Numbered from the stretch's first letter, positions 46,829-57,300 are shown. The stretch: 64,000 nucleotides of DNA from an uncultured virus (IMG/VR IMGVR_UViG_3300032069_000750) (IMGVR_UViG_3300032069_000750), one strand, 5' to 3'. Notes: generated by a model not told the origin, from the sequence alone. A program made the numbers and translations.

Positions 46829-47641
46829 ATGACTACAGTTCTTCCTCCAAGATACAATAAAAAATATTCAAAAGAAGAAATAGAATTATTTAAAAAGTTA
46901 TACCCAACAATAAAGAATAAAAAAATTGCAAAAATACTTGGAAGGACAACAGCATCCATCACAAGAAAAGGAAATAAATTAGGATTAAAAAAAGAAGTAA
47001 GATATCAGATATTAATATGTGACAATTGCGGTAAAAAATTTAAAAGATATAATTCTATAAAAGATCAGAGAATAAAAGAGAACTGTAAAAAGTCATACTG
47101 TAATAGAGGATGCTTCATAGAATCGAGAGGCAGCAAAATAGTAAAATGTTCTGGTTGTGGAATAGATTTTCCTATTGAACTATACAGATACAAGTCACAG
47201 AAATCTTTCCATTGCAGTTTTGAATGCAGAAGATCAAAACCGATAAACTGTGATTGGTGTGGAAAAGAATTTAGGAGACGACCAGCAAATAAAAAAGCAC
47301 ATAATTTTTGCTCAAAGAATTGTGAACTTGAGTGGCGATCAGAAATTATGAGAGGAAAAAACAATATAAATTGGTCTGGTGGATTATGGAATGGTAATTA
47401 TGGACCAAATTGGTATAAACAGAAGAAAAAGGCGAGAGAACGGGATAAATATATGTGTCAAAATTGTGGAATTACAGAGGAAAAATACGAAAAAGCCCTT
47501 GATGTTCATCACATAGAACCGTTCATAAAATTCGGATTAAAAAGATATGAAGAAGCAAATAAATTAGAGAATCTCATATCTGTCTGCAATCCTTGTCACA
47601 GTAAGATTGAACCCAGAAGGAGAAAAAATGAATATAATTAG
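46829..47641 (+). CDS. HNH homing endonuclease with Zn-finger repeats
   Basis: ARERDKYMCQNCG, LDVHHI.P, ANKLENLISVCNPCH; AT-rich. Confidence 0.88.
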   Translation: MTTVLPPRYNKKYSKEEIELFKKLYPTIKNKKIAKILGRTTASITRKGNKLGLKKEVRYQILICDNCGKKFKRYNSIKDQRIKENCKKSYCNRGCFIESRGSKIVKCSGCGIDFPIELYRYKSQKSFHCSFECRRSKPINCDWCGKEFRRRPANKKAHNFCSKNCELEWRSEIMRGKNNINWSGGLWNGNYGPNWYKQKKKARERDKYMCQNCGITEEKYEKALDVHHIEPFIKFGLKRYEEANKLENLISVCNPCHSKIEPRRRKNEYN

Positions 47642-47996
47642 CTTCAGTTGGACAAAAGATAGTTTTCTGGCGAACAGAAAGACCAAGACCCGCAGGGAAT
47701 GGTCCGATGACTACGCCCGGAAGTTCCATGTCTATGACTGTTGCAGGGCGTACGACAAGCAGCCTCGGTTCGGCGGCCAGCAGATCGGCATGATACAGGT
47801 AAGATCCCTTGCTTATGAGGACATCAGCACCATGGCAAACAGCGACTACGAGTTCGAGGGATTCGCCTACCTGGAGGAACGGGGGCTCAAGATCTGGGGA
47901 AAGGAGCCACGGCGGGCATTTGAGGACTGGCGGAAAAAGGGCGGGTGGTACTGGGTGCTCGGGTTCAAAAAACTCAATGTCCTAGATGTCCTATAA
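47628..47996 (+). CDS. ASCH/PUA-like domain protein
   Basis: ISF......LANRKTKTRR, EGF, WVLGF. Confidence 0.65.
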   Translation: MNIISFSWTKDSFLANRKTKTRREWSDDYARKFHVYDCCRAYDKQPRFGGQQIGMIQVRSLAYEDISTMANSDYEFEGFAYLEERGLKIWGKEPRRAFEDWRKKGGWYWVLGFKKLNVLDVL

Positions 47997-48049
47997 AAAC
48001 TCTCCTGAGCATTACAATTAGCTGTAACGCTTTTAAAACCGTTACACAT

Positions 48050-48150
48050 TTGTTGTCTTACAAGTTGTATTACTGTATTACACGGTAATACGAAGTGTAA
48101 TACGTACTAGAAAAAAAACGTATTACAAAATGTATTACACAGTGTATTAC
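48050..48150. repeat. Cluster of GTATTAC/GTAATAC short repeats
   Basis: About 7 copies in both orientations in intergenic DNA. Confidence 0.6.
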
Positions 48151-48724
48151 CAATATCTTCCCCTGATGATATGCAGTGCATTAATGTTGTGAACGATTTT
48201 TAAGTTTTTAGCAAGTTTTAAATAGAACGGACGCAGTTATCGTACCCTTAATGGTATCATTAGTGATACCGTTAATGGTATCAATGTCAATGTGGATGTG
48301 TATTTACATGTGAATTTACATCTATACATCCATCTGTATGTATATATGGACATATATTTGAGCCCCAATTCTGGGCCCCATATGTCTGACCTATTCTCAG
48401 CGACATGGTCAGCAATGATGCTAACTCGCCAATTTCTTTTTATAGTTTTTGCTTTGATATCGAAAATAACGGAAATTGTAGGTTTTTCTACAATCCATTG
48501 TCGAATAAAATACAAAAAGCGTTTTTGGTGATCCGCAAAGTTCCCTTTGAAGGGAACCTACAAGGGATCTCAGAAGGTTCCCTACAAAGGGGACCTTAAA
48601 CTGGCCGTTTTCTTTATATAATTTTCGCTTCTGTCGGACATTTCGTCGTACACCTTAGCGAGATCTTTGTCGGACAATTTGTCATACAGCAACCTTTTTC
48701 AATTACGAACGAGTTCCATGACCC

Positions 48725-49498
48725 ATGACGAATCAAGCGTATGGATGGAAGCCGGACCTGCCGGACCACCGGGACTTCGTGTACTCGAAGCTTTTCGCGA
48801 TGCCGGTGACGCTGCCTAAGACCGTTGATCTGAGACCCAAATGCTCCCCCATGGAGAACCAGCGGAGGCTCGGGAGCTGCACCGCGCAGGCCCTCGTGGG
48901 AGCCCTGGAGTTCCTCGAGAACCTTAAGAACATGCCCTTCATGGACCTCAGCCGGTTGTTCGTCTACTACAACGAGCGGGTGATAGAGGGGACGGTACTC
49001 TGGGACTCAGGAGCAATGCTCAGGGACGGCGTGAAGACCCTGCAGCAGCAGGGCGTATGCAACGAGAAGAGCTGGCCGTACATCATCATCCGGTACAAGT
49101 GCAAGCCGTGGAAGAAATGCTACGCTGATGCGCTGAACCACCAGATCACGGCGTACGAGCGTATCAACACCCTCGACGAGATGAGGGCATGCCTCGCGGA
49201 CGGCTACCCGTTCGTGTTCGGGTTCTCGGTGTACTCGAGCTTCGAGTCCTTGGAGGTCTCAAGGACCGGCGTCGTGAACATGCCGCAGCCCGGGGAGCGC
49301 CTCCTCGGGGGCCACGCGGTCATGGCGGTCGGGTACAATGACGACGATCAGCGGTTCATCGTGAGAAACTCCTGGGGGACAGACTGGGGCCAGAAGGGGT
49401 ACTTCACGATGCCGTACGCGTACCTGGAGGACCGGAACCTTTCGGACGATTTCTGGACGATCCGCGACCTGGAAGGAGCGGCCGCCCGACCGGCGTAA
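48725..49498 (+). CDS. Papain-family C1A cysteine peptidase
   Basis: YGWKPDLPDHRD, Q..LGSCTA, GGHAVMAVGY, RNSWG..WG..GY. Confidence 0.93.
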   Translation: MTNQAYGWKPDLPDHRDFVYSKLFAMPVTLPKTVDLRPKCSPMENQRRLGSCTAQALVGALEFLENLKNMPFMDLSRLFVYYNERVIEGTVLWDSGAMLRDGVKTLQQQGVCNEKSWPYIIIRYKCKPWKKCYADALNHQITAYERINTLDEMRACLADGYPFVFGFSVYSSFESLEVSRTGVVNMPQPGERLLGGHAVMAVGYNDDDQRFIVRNSWGTDWGQKGYFTMPYAYLEDRNLSDDFWTIRDLEGAAARPA

Positions 49499-49858
49499 AA
49501 ACAAAGGTTTAAATAGTTCCTTCTAAAGATTCAGCAAGGTTTAAATAAAACATACGCGGTTTGACTATTGCGTTCGATTACACAACCTTTTTCAGCATCG
49601 TTTTCCAGTTCCTTTTTTTGTCGCACGACTAGTACTAATGACTACGATTTTTTTAGTAGTGAGCAATAATCGTGAGCAATAACGATCACCAATAGTAACT
49701 ATTAATAGTGGCTACCAATAGCGACTATCAGTAATGATCACCAATATCGGCGAGGCCGCCGACCGACACTATCGACCAGCACAGGTTTCTCTTAAATTTA
49801 TCTATTTTTTGGGATTATCGCCAAAATCTTAATATAATAGAAAGAATACAATTATATT

Positions 49859-50536
49859 GTGGAAAAAATAAAAAAGGGCCGTATCCTAGAAACAGGGGCC
49901 GTAATTACCATCTTGCTTCTCGCGTCGTTAGGGGCGAGCATCACTTTTGTCTGCGGAAAACCGTATGCAGTGACCGAAAAAAACCGCCAGCCATCAGCGA
50001 CAGAAAACATCACCGAGATGCAGGGAGACATCCTCATCAAGAAAACCGGATTCAACCGTTTGTACCCCTCGATAGAGATACCAGACAACCAGCTCCTCAA
50101 CGTCACGGCGACCACAGTCGGCGACTTTTTCTACGTCAACTCGGTGCTACGGATCCGCATTGACACGCATCTGCTGGACCCGGGTTTCACGTACAAAATA
50201 GGGAGGCACCTGAGGACATTCATCGCCATCACCAGGCCGGAGTACTCCTTCCTGGGAAAAATCGTCGGCAAGCCTGTTAACTACAACCGGAGCGATTTTC
50301 TTTCGGGGGCCACGACCATCGACGTCCCTCTCAAATTCAAGTCGACGGAGAACTATGAGGAATTCAGAATCAGGATACTCGCAGTCGGGAGCATCATCGG
50401 TGCCTTTTCATTGAGTTATCCGTCAATTACTTACAAAATTCTCGATTTCAAATGTTGCTACGTTCAACCCCCAACAGATACAACTCCCCCTTTTACTTCA
50501 TGTTATCTACATGGCAATGAGATATATCCAGGATAG
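49859..50536 (+). CDS. Exported/membrane-anchored protein
   Basis: N-terminal hydrophobic segment; ends DTTPPFT...GNEIYPG. Confidence 0.6.
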   Translation: MEKIKKGRILETGAVITILLLASLGASITFVCGKPYAVTEKNRQPSATENITEMQGDILIKKTGFNRLYPSIEIPDNQLLNVTATTVGDFFYVNSVLRIRIDTHLLDPGFTYKIGRHLRTFIAITRPEYSFLGKIVGKPVNYNRSDFLSGATTIDVPLKFKSTENYEEFRIRILAVGSIIGAFSLSYPSITYKILDFKCCYVQPPTDTTPPFTSCYLHGNEIYPG

Positions 50537-50547
50537 ATAACAAAAAT

Positions 50548-51015
50548 ATGGTACACGATTTGGAGGCACAAAAAATGAAAGCAAACATAAGCAAAAAACA
50601 AAAGGCAGGTATCATCGCAACCCTGTTGCTGGCTGGAAGCATCATCGGGCTTTCAACAACAACTCTCGCACACCCACCACAACCATCCAAAGATGTCAGG
50701 ATGTTCCAAGGGAATGTGACCGTCTCGCTGAGTGCGATTGACAACGACTCGGGGGTAAACTATACTGTCATCAGTGTATGGTATAGGTCACTAACGTCCC
50801 ATAACGCTTCTTGGACACTTCTGTTGGCTCCAACGAACTACACTGGGAACATCACGTACTCAGTTCAAGGTCAGTACCAAGTGCATTTCTACTCAGTAGA
50901 TAAACTTGGGAATGTCGAAGCTGAGAAGTATGCGGATTTTGCCCTGTGGCAAGATAACACATGTCCATACACGCAGATAACCCTAACGGGGAATGAGATC
51001 TTCCCAGGCAAGTAA
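50548..51015 (+). CDS. Exported Ig-like (OmpL47-type) domain protein
   Basis: Signal peptide; VSLSAIDNDSGV..T...G.Y.V.FYSVDKLGNVE. Confidence 0.7.
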   Translation: MVHDLEAQKMKANISKKQKAGIIATLLLAGSIIGLSTTTLAHPPQPSKDVRMFQGNVTVSLSAIDNDSGVNYTVISVWYRSLTSHNASWTLLLAPTNYTGNITYSVQGQYQVHFYSVDKLGNVEAEKYADFALWQDNTCPYTQITLTGNEIFPGK

Positions 51016-51262
51016 CACAACTAAAGTAATACACTGGGTGAAAAGAAGTTCCCTTTCCTCCGCCTTTTTCCCTCATCCGGTGTATTATAATTTTTTTTTA
51101 ACCGCGTTTTCCCCGGATTTTGGGTAAAATTTAAATAGAATGAGGCAAACTAACGTGTACATTGATGTGCAACATAAATGTACACGAGGTATGTGCACAC
51201 TAATGTACAACATTGATGTTGCACATAAAGTTTTTAATATATCATTCTCTATATAATAAAAC

Positions 51263-52129
51263 ATGAAGGTCGCTGTCATACGAGTGGATGGAAAGCTAGC
51301 CAATTTAGCGCTAATGAAGATCTCCAGTTGGCACAAGAAACAAGGGGACGACGTGGTGCTCGTGGATCTCTCCGGCATGGAATTCGACCGGATATACGCG
51401 TCCCAGGTGTTCGCGGGCGGGTCCGGCTACGACCTCGAGGCGAAGCTCCCGGACGAGATCGAGCACTGCAAGCCGGACTACGATTTGTTCAACGCCGACT
51501 ACAGCATGGGGTTCACGAGCCGCGGATGTGTACGGAACTGTAAATTTTGTATCGTTAGAAGAAAAGAGGGGAAGCTACAAGAGCACTCACCCTTCAAGGA
51601 ATTTGTCGACAACCGGTTCCAGAAGATCATCCTCATGGATAACAACTTCCTCGCAAGCCCGAAGGCCAATGAGAATCTCCACACTATCATCAATAAGAAG
51701 TGGAAGGTAAACTTCAATCAGGGACTCGACCTCCGGCTGATCAACGATGAGAACGCCGAGATCCTCAGCAGAGTGAAGTACTACAACTGGACGTTTTCGA
51801 GGAGGCTTATCCATTTCGCGTGGGACAGCATGAAGGACGAGGACGACATCATGGTCGGGCTCCAAACCCTCCTGAATTACATCCCGTCGCACCACATCAT
51901 GGTGTACGTCCTGGTCGGGTTCGATACTGGACTGGTACAGGACCTGTACCGTATAAAAACGCTCGCGGATCTGAAAGTGAAGCCGTTCGTCATGATCTAC
52001 AATAACAAGAGAGATCCCAAGCTCCGACACCTCAGCCGATGGGTGAACAAACGGTACTACGAGGTCGTCACCTGGGAGGAGTACCTCAAGAAGAAGATTT
52101 CGGTTAAGCACGTTAACCGAAAGTCTTAA
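51263..52129 (+). CDS. Radical SAM protein (viral type)
   Basis: NLALMKIS, TSRGCVRNCKFC, MDNNFLA, QGLDLRL. Confidence 0.88.
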   Translation: MKVAVIRVDGKLANLALMKISSWHKKQGDDVVLVDLSGMEFDRIYASQVFAGGSGYDLEAKLPDEIEHCKPDYDLFNADYSMGFTSRGCVRNCKFCIVRRKEGKLQEHSPFKEFVDNRFQKIILMDNNFLASPKANENLHTIINKKWKVNFNQGLDLRLINDENAEILSRVKYYNWTFSRRLIHFAWDSMKDEDDIMVGLQTLLNYIPSHHIMVYVLVGFDTGLVQDLYRIKTLADLKVKPFVMIYNNKRDPKLRHLSRWVNKRYYEVVTWEEYLKKKISVKHVNRKS

Positions 52130-52236
52130 ACCGTCGCCGCCCATGTGTCTTTGAGGAGACCAGAGAGTATTTTGTCATTTCGGATTCACCTCCCTTTGAC
52201 TTTTTTTCTGGTCCCCCTCACCATACGGGGAAATTC

Positions 52237-53049
52237 ATGTCGAAAATCGAGGAGTACTTCGAGGGATTCATCAACCGGTCAAGAGCGACCGAGCGGCTGC
52301 ACAGGAAGGTCCTCAACCAGTACGACGCGTTCGTCGACAGCGACGAGCAGCTCTACACGGTGCACACCGTCGAGCGGTTCCTGAGGAAGTGCAAGAACCG
52401 CGGCCTGGAGAATATCTCGATAGCGACCTACACCTCCGTCCTGCGGTCGTTCCTCAAGTTCCTCGGGACGCCCGACAAGGAGCTCAACGCCGTGCAGGCG
52501 CCCAGGGTGGGCTTCAAGATAAAGCAGGCGATCGACGAGGACCGCTGGGTGAGCTTCCTCAAGCAGCCGAGGACCCTGAGGGACATGGCGATCGCCCACG
52601 TCCTGCTCTACGGGGCCTCCCGGGTCGGCCAGCTCCGCAGGATACGGGTCGGAGACATAAACTTCGAGACGAAGATGATCGTCATAGAGGGCATGAAGGA
52701 CGCGAAAATTCAAAGCTCGCTGCAGGTCAACGCCGACACCATGGACATCCTACAGACCTACATAAAGGCGTACAAGCTCACGAAAAAAGACTACCTGATC
52801 ACCCTCTCGGAAAGGCGCATCGAGCAGCTGGTAAAAAAATGGGCCGTCGCGGCTCGGATCCCGAATGCGGAGAAGATAACCCCGCACAGCCTCCGCAGGA
52901 GCCTCGGGAAGGCGTTCTACAAGAAAAGCGGGAAGGACATTGAGAAGACACGGATCATCCTCGGCCACAAGAACATCTCCTCGACCCAGCACTACCTCGC
53001 TATCGAGGAGGAGGAGGTCAGATCCGACTACGACAGATTATTTGGGTGA
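52237..53049 (+). CDS. Tyrosine recombinase/integrase (XerA-like)
   Basis: G.SR..L (R), K, TPHSLRR (HxxR), LGH, T.HY (Y). Confidence 0.92.
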   Translation: MSKIEEYFEGFINRSRATERLHRKVLNQYDAFVDSDEQLYTVHTVERFLRKCKNRGLENISIATYTSVLRSFLKFLGTPDKELNAVQAPRVGFKIKQAIDEDRWVSFLKQPRTLRDMAIAHVLLYGASRVGQLRRIRVGDINFETKMIVIEGMKDAKIQSSLQVNADTMDILQTYIKAYKLTKKDYLITLSERRIEQLVKKWAVAARIPNAEKITPHSLRRSLGKAFYKKSGKDIEKTRIILGHKNISSTQHYLAIEEEEVRSDYDRLFG

Positions 53050-53053
53050 ACAC

Positions 53054-53224
53054 ATGACGATAAAAGTAAAGGCGCGACCAGGAAAGAAGGCGATTGTAAG
53101 GTTCAACGACAAGAAGGACGAGGATTTCTTCTTCTACATAATGGTGCGGGCGAGGGACACCATCGGTGACCACCCGAGGATCAGCGTCGAGGATCTCAAT
53201 GGCTTCGAGATGAAGATCAAATAG
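53054..53224 (+). CDS. Small hypothetical protein
   Basis: GGTGA RBS, MTIKVKARP... Confidence 0.5.
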   Translation: MTIKVKARPGKKAIVRFNDKKDEDFFFYIMVRARDTIGDHPRISVEDLNGFEMKIK

Positions 53225-53260
53225 CGGAATTTTTTGAATCGTAAATATAATTAACCACCG

Positions 53261-53473
53261 ATGACTACTGGTTCAATGAAGATCATGCCATTAGGAAGCC
53301 GTCTGCCAGACGAGATGAAAACAAGGGTCCGCAACATACTGACGAGGATACGGGAAAGCGCGGTGGAATTGCAGACCCTCGCTGGCGAGATGGACGGCCT
53401 CAGGGCGATTTTCCTTGAGGGGATCGCGTCGCGCATCATCAATCTCGTCGACATCGCCCTTAAGGAGATATGA
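53261..53473 (+). CDS. Small helical protein (start may be 53276 or later)
   Basis: Motif at 53250-53260. Confidence 0.55.
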   Translation: MTTGSMKIMPLGSRLPDEMKTRVRNILTRIRESAVELQTLAGEMDGLRAIFLEGIASRIINLVDIALKEI

Positions 53474-53619
53474 GGATTCTCTAGATACAAGAGAGTTGGC
53501 TTGAGAGAGCCTTTAACCAGGGCCGAGGAACGTTAGGCAAGGTCGTAATGCTGAATGCAGTCGAAAACCACCTGCCGGGAGGCCCTGGCCAATCTCTCAC
53601 AAGATAATGGAGGAAAACT

Positions 53620-53760
53620 ATGCCAGGACGAAGATTAGGTATTCTGGAGGGTATTCAGCCCCCAGGCGGATTACTCAAGACCGAAGCAGGGAAGGGGCCG
53701 CTCGGGCTGGGCATCATACCCAGCATCCAGGAAAGAGTGAACAAGATCCTTAAAAGATGA
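53620..53760 (+). CDS. 46-aa Gly-rich protein (not in ORF track)
   Basis: GGAGG RBS; MPGRRLGILEGIQPPGG...GKGPLGLGIIP... Confidence 0.55.
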   Translation: MPGRRLGILEGIQPPGGLLKTEAGKGPLGLGIIPSIQERVNKILKR

Positions 53761-53764
53761 TAGC

Positions 53765-54160
53765 ATGGAGAAATCGGTATTGGATTCTCTTCTCGAGTCG
53801 TTCGAGGAGAGGGTTCGTGGCGCTCGGTTGATTGACTGGATTGCACATGAGAGCCCAGGGATACTCGTGAATCCCGCTCGCGCCGAGGCAGATCCAGTGT
53901 GCAAGTGCTACGGCATTGATGGAAAATCTCTATGCTTTCATGCGGGCGTGATCGGAGGGCTTGATGAATCCCAGAAAAGCGCCTACTGCAAAACGATCCA
54001 CACCGAGGAGAGCCCGGAGCTGAAAGAGAGGGTCAGGAAGTTCCGGGAGGCGTCTGATGTCTGCGTGCAGGAGTGCGTGACCCTGCCGAAGGGCGAGAGG
54101 CTCGGTTGCAGGCTGTCGTGCATGTCCAGGGAGCTCGAGAAACGGGGCCTCAAAGTATAA
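53765..54160 (+). CDS. Cys-rich hypothetical protein
   Basis: CKCY...LCF..GVIG.L...YC...C...C...C...CM. Confidence 0.7.
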   Translation: MEKSVLDSLLESFEERVRGARLIDWIAHESPGILVNPARAEADPVCKCYGIDGKSLCFHAGVIGGLDESQKSAYCKTIHTEESPELKERVRKFREASDVCVQECVTLPKGERLGCRLSCMSRELEKRGLKV

Positions 54161-54304
54161 ATACTTTTTGAAAATACGTTTTCAACGCGGTATTTAAAGA
54201 ATTGAAAATGAGCGGTTTTTGTGTCCGTCATATATAAATCTTTTCAAAATACGTTTTGAAAGACGGCAAGCACAAAATTTTTATCCCCCAGCCCCCATAC
54301 ATCC

Positions 54305-54925
54305 GTGGCAGGCAGGATAATATTTGAAATATTACTCCTAGTTCCTCCCTTATTATCCTGCGGCCAGGTGGTGAGGAGCATCCCCTCTGATAGGAAGAAG
54401 CCGCTGAGAGATCTTCTGTTGCCGAGGACGACAAGCCTTCGCCCTAGATCCCTGTTTGACACATCATTTACCTACGAACAAGCACTGGCCTCGGAGGAGC
54501 CCGGTACGGGGGTGGAAAAAGTTCCCTCTTCTCCCCCCGTATCTGGGACATCGATACGTGAGTCGAAGACGACCGCGTGCATCCCCTGCGTGAAAAACCA
54601 CTTGAGTGCCGTGGCGGGCATACTTTCCGAGTCGAAACGGTTCATATCCAACGGCATCAAAGATCCGAAGATAGTGGAGGCGATCGACATAGCGACCAAG
54701 GAGCTCACCGCGGCCGAGAGGGGAGATCTTGACCCAGCGAAAGTCGCCTCGTTGCCCGAAAAGGAGAAAGAGGTCGCGGAGTGGGCCGCCGAACAGACCC
54801 GGGATCTCCGGCACAGCATCGACGGCATACGGGACAAGGAGACCCTCGAGGAAGCGATCGTCAAGGCGGATCAGATAAACAAGGAGATGATCTCGAAGTT
54901 CATCGACCTCGTGGGGACTTTCTAA
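54305..54925 (+). CDS. Helical protein with CxxC (start uncertain)
   Basis: TACIPCVKNHL...; helical bundle. Confidence 0.65.
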   Translation: MAGRIIFEILLLVPPLLSCGQVVRSIPSDRKKPLRDLLLPRTTSLRPRSLFDTSFTYEQALASEEPGTGVEKVPSSPPVSGTSIRESKTTACIPCVKNHLSAVAGILSESKRFISNGIKDPKIVEAIDIATKELTAAERGDLDPAKVASLPEKEKEVAEWAAEQTRDLRHSIDGIRDKETLEEAIVKADQINKEMISKFIDLVGTF

Positions 54926-54983
54926 TTTGAAATCATAATATTTAAACATGCCTTTCTTTTTTAATCAATATATCTAATAATAA

Positions 54984-55907
54984 TCAAGGAGTTTCTAATT
55001 TGCTTTTATCGTTATTATTTATCATGCTACCTAAAATCTTATCACGTTCTTCTTTAGAAACTTCTATATCTTCACCTACTTCCAACATTGTTTTTAACGA
55101 TATTTCTTCTGCAATAAACGATTTGCTTTCTTTCCATTCTCCCGTTTCTTCTCTCCAAATTATAAGTTTATTCTTCAGAAATGTCGGTAGCCAAATTCTT
55201 ACTCTTTCAGGATGATTTACCAAATCCTCTTTTGATTCCGTATAAATGTCATCTTTTCCATGATGAAAACATTTCAAACTTCTTTTACCCATTATCGTCC
55301 GTATGTGTTTTGTTCTGACAATCTCTATAGATTGTATATCCATAGGTTTACGTGTCAAACCTGGCAACCATCCATCACGCTGTTCTACAGTGCCTGCTCC
55401 TAATAACTGATATGTACCACTAAAAGATGCAAAAGCACAACGGACACCATCATAAAATTTATCCTCATCACTTGCGGGATTATACGGACGTTCATGATAA
55501 TTCGGGTCTTCAACAGGCAATTCCAAAAGAATAATATCTTTTATGAAAAGCCTGTCTGAAATTGGTGTATCCGTTAACTCATGCCCATCATTTCGGAAAT
55601 CAAACCTACTGCAAAGTCTGTCTACTTCATCTAGTTCTTTGACAAAGTTTTCCCAATCGTTACTTTTATCGAATCTGCTCCCATTCACCCATAAAGGTGT
55701 TGAAAAAACTAGAGTCTGTCCAGGAACATATAAATTTGGATAAGTCTGTTTTGTTCTAAACATCTGAGTTTCAGTTCTTGGTATATCATTTTCATAGATT
55801 CTGCATGCTTCGATAGTTATCCGTTGAACATATATATTATCTGGCAATCTCGGTATCAATTCTCTCAAATGGGCAGTAGTCAAGCATGGTTCATTTCTTG
55901 TCACCAT
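54984..55907 (-). CDS. Hypothetical protein (AT-rich island)
   Basis: 307-aa ORF directly downstream of the ParB-domain gene. Confidence 0.7.
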   Translation of the reverse strand: MVTRNEPCLTTAHLRELIPRLPDNIYVQRITIEACRIYENDIPRTETQMFRTKQTYPNLYVPGQTLVFSTPLWVNGSRFDKSNDWENFVKELDEVDRLCSRFDFRNDGHELTDTPISDRLFIKDIILLELPVEDPNYHERPYNPASDEDKFYDGVRCAFASFSGTYQLLGAGTVEQRDGWLPGLTRKPMDIQSIEIVRTKHIRTIMGKRSLKCFHHGKDDIYTESKEDLVNHPERVRIWLPTFLKNKLIIWREETGEWKESKSFIAEEISLKTMLEVGEDIEVSKEERDKILGSMINNNDKSKLETP

Positions 55908-55929
55908 AGATTATTTTTCCCTTTTTAAT

Positions 55930-57300
55930 TTATCCCAAGTTATATTTGTCTAATCTTTCTTGGTAGTCTTCCTTTTTTATCTTATTTGTCTTCAACAATT
56001 TATCCAGACTAGCAATATATGAACTGGCTACCTCATCGAATTTCTTAATCAAAGTCCCGAGTTCCCGTTTCATCTTTTCAGCCTTATTCCTAACCTTATC
56101 TTTATCCTTGATTTTCTTCTGAATATCATGTACTTTATCCAATATATCTTCTATCCGCTTCTGGATATGGTCTTCATTTACATGACTGCCGCAATAAACG
56201 CAGCTCTCTTCCTCAAGTTCTTTCTTACCAGTTATCAATTTCTCCCGTTTGACTTCAAAATCATCATTGCAATCATCCAATAGCGTATTCTTTGTTAACC
56301 CCATGACAAAATTATCCATACCGTTATAGATTTCATCAGCGTAATCACGATACTTCTCATCCTTCTTCCTACTACGAAACGCAGGGATTTCAATGCCATC
56401 ATCTGATTCTATTAACTCTTTTGGCAATTCTTTTAAAATAGAATTACTGGAATCAGGTTTCAACCAATTAGCTATATCTCCCTCTATCCAAGTAGACATT
56501 TCTCCAATCCGCTTATCTAAACTTTTCTCAAGAGTTTTCAACTCTTTTTCTAAGATTTCATCACTTTCCTTATATGCTTCAAGAATCTTAGAAACATATT
56601 CATTGATAACAGAAGCATCTTCTTTACCCCATTTTTTCCATATCGTCATCATCTGTTCTTGTGATTCTTCTTTATCTCCCATCAACCGTAATCTAGCTAT
56701 GACTTCTGCCGTCGTTGTAACTAATCGTGCATCTTTTTCATCAATTTCTTCAAAGAATGTTTTAATGGTTAGTTCCTGCAATTCCTCAGGCAATGCAAGA
56801 AGGGGAAGGCGATGTTCTATGATGGTTGGTGTGGTCCCTAATTCTTTTGCAAGTTTTATAACTTCAGGATGACCATGACTGGGAAGGGGGGGTTCACCAC
56901 TGGTGACCGATTCTGTTTGTGGCATATACAACTGCTCTTTGTGGAGAGCAAGCATCTTGAAGAACCATCCTGCTTCATCAATCGGGTTAAGCTGTTCACG
57001 TTCAACATTTTCTTTATATGACTTTAACATAGCAGTTTTATCATCCATATCCTGAACGGTGCAAACAACCTTTTCATTTTTGTTGTACAAATCCTTTAAA
57101 CAGTAATATCGCCTCATTCCTGCAACAACTTCATATTTTCCGTCTTTTATTGGTCTAACCAATACCGTCTGTAATTGTCCATCTGTTTTCAATGATTCTT
57201 TCAATGATTCCAGATATTTCTTGGTCATCCGCTTTCTTGGGTTATATTTATTCGGTTCTAATTTACCTAATTCAATTTCCATTATTTTCACATCTTTCAT
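55930..57300 (-). CDS. ParB/Srx N-terminal domain protein with coiled coil
   Basis: PNKYNPRK, LKESL..DGQLQ.VLVRP, YEVVAGMRRY, ENVEREQLNPIDEA. Confidence 0.85.
   Translation of the reverse strand: MKDVKIMEIELGKLEPNKYNPRKRMTKKYLESLKESLKTDGQLQTVLVRPIKDGKYEVVAGMRRYYCLKDLYNKNEKVVCTVQDMDDKTAMLKSYKENVEREQLNPIDEAGWFFKMLALHKEQLYMPQTESVTSGEPPLPSHGHPEVIKLAKELGTTPTIIEHRLPLLALPEELQELTIKTFFEEIDEKDARLVTTTAEVIARLRLMGDKEESQEQMMTIWKKWGKEDASVINEYVSKILEAYKESDEILEKELKTLEKSLDKRIGEMSTWIEGDIANWLKPDSSNSILKELPKELIESDDGIEIPAFRSRKKDEKYRDYADEIYNGMDNFVMGLTKNTLLDDCNDDFEVKREKLITGKKELEEESCVYCGSHVNEDHIQKRIEDILDKVHDIQKKIKDKDKVRNKAEKMKRELGTLIKKFDEVASSYIASLDKLLKTNKIKKEDYQERLDKYNLG

Noticed and set aside
48237..48599. ORFs 48237..48515, 48292..48531 and 48405..48599
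   Set aside because: Low-complexity translations that arise from the short repeats; no RBS or motif support
47997..48720. CRISPR array or mini-array in the long intergenic region
   Set aside because: Repeats are 6-18 nt, irregularly spaced and in mixed orientation; no constant repeat-spacer period and no cas genes seen
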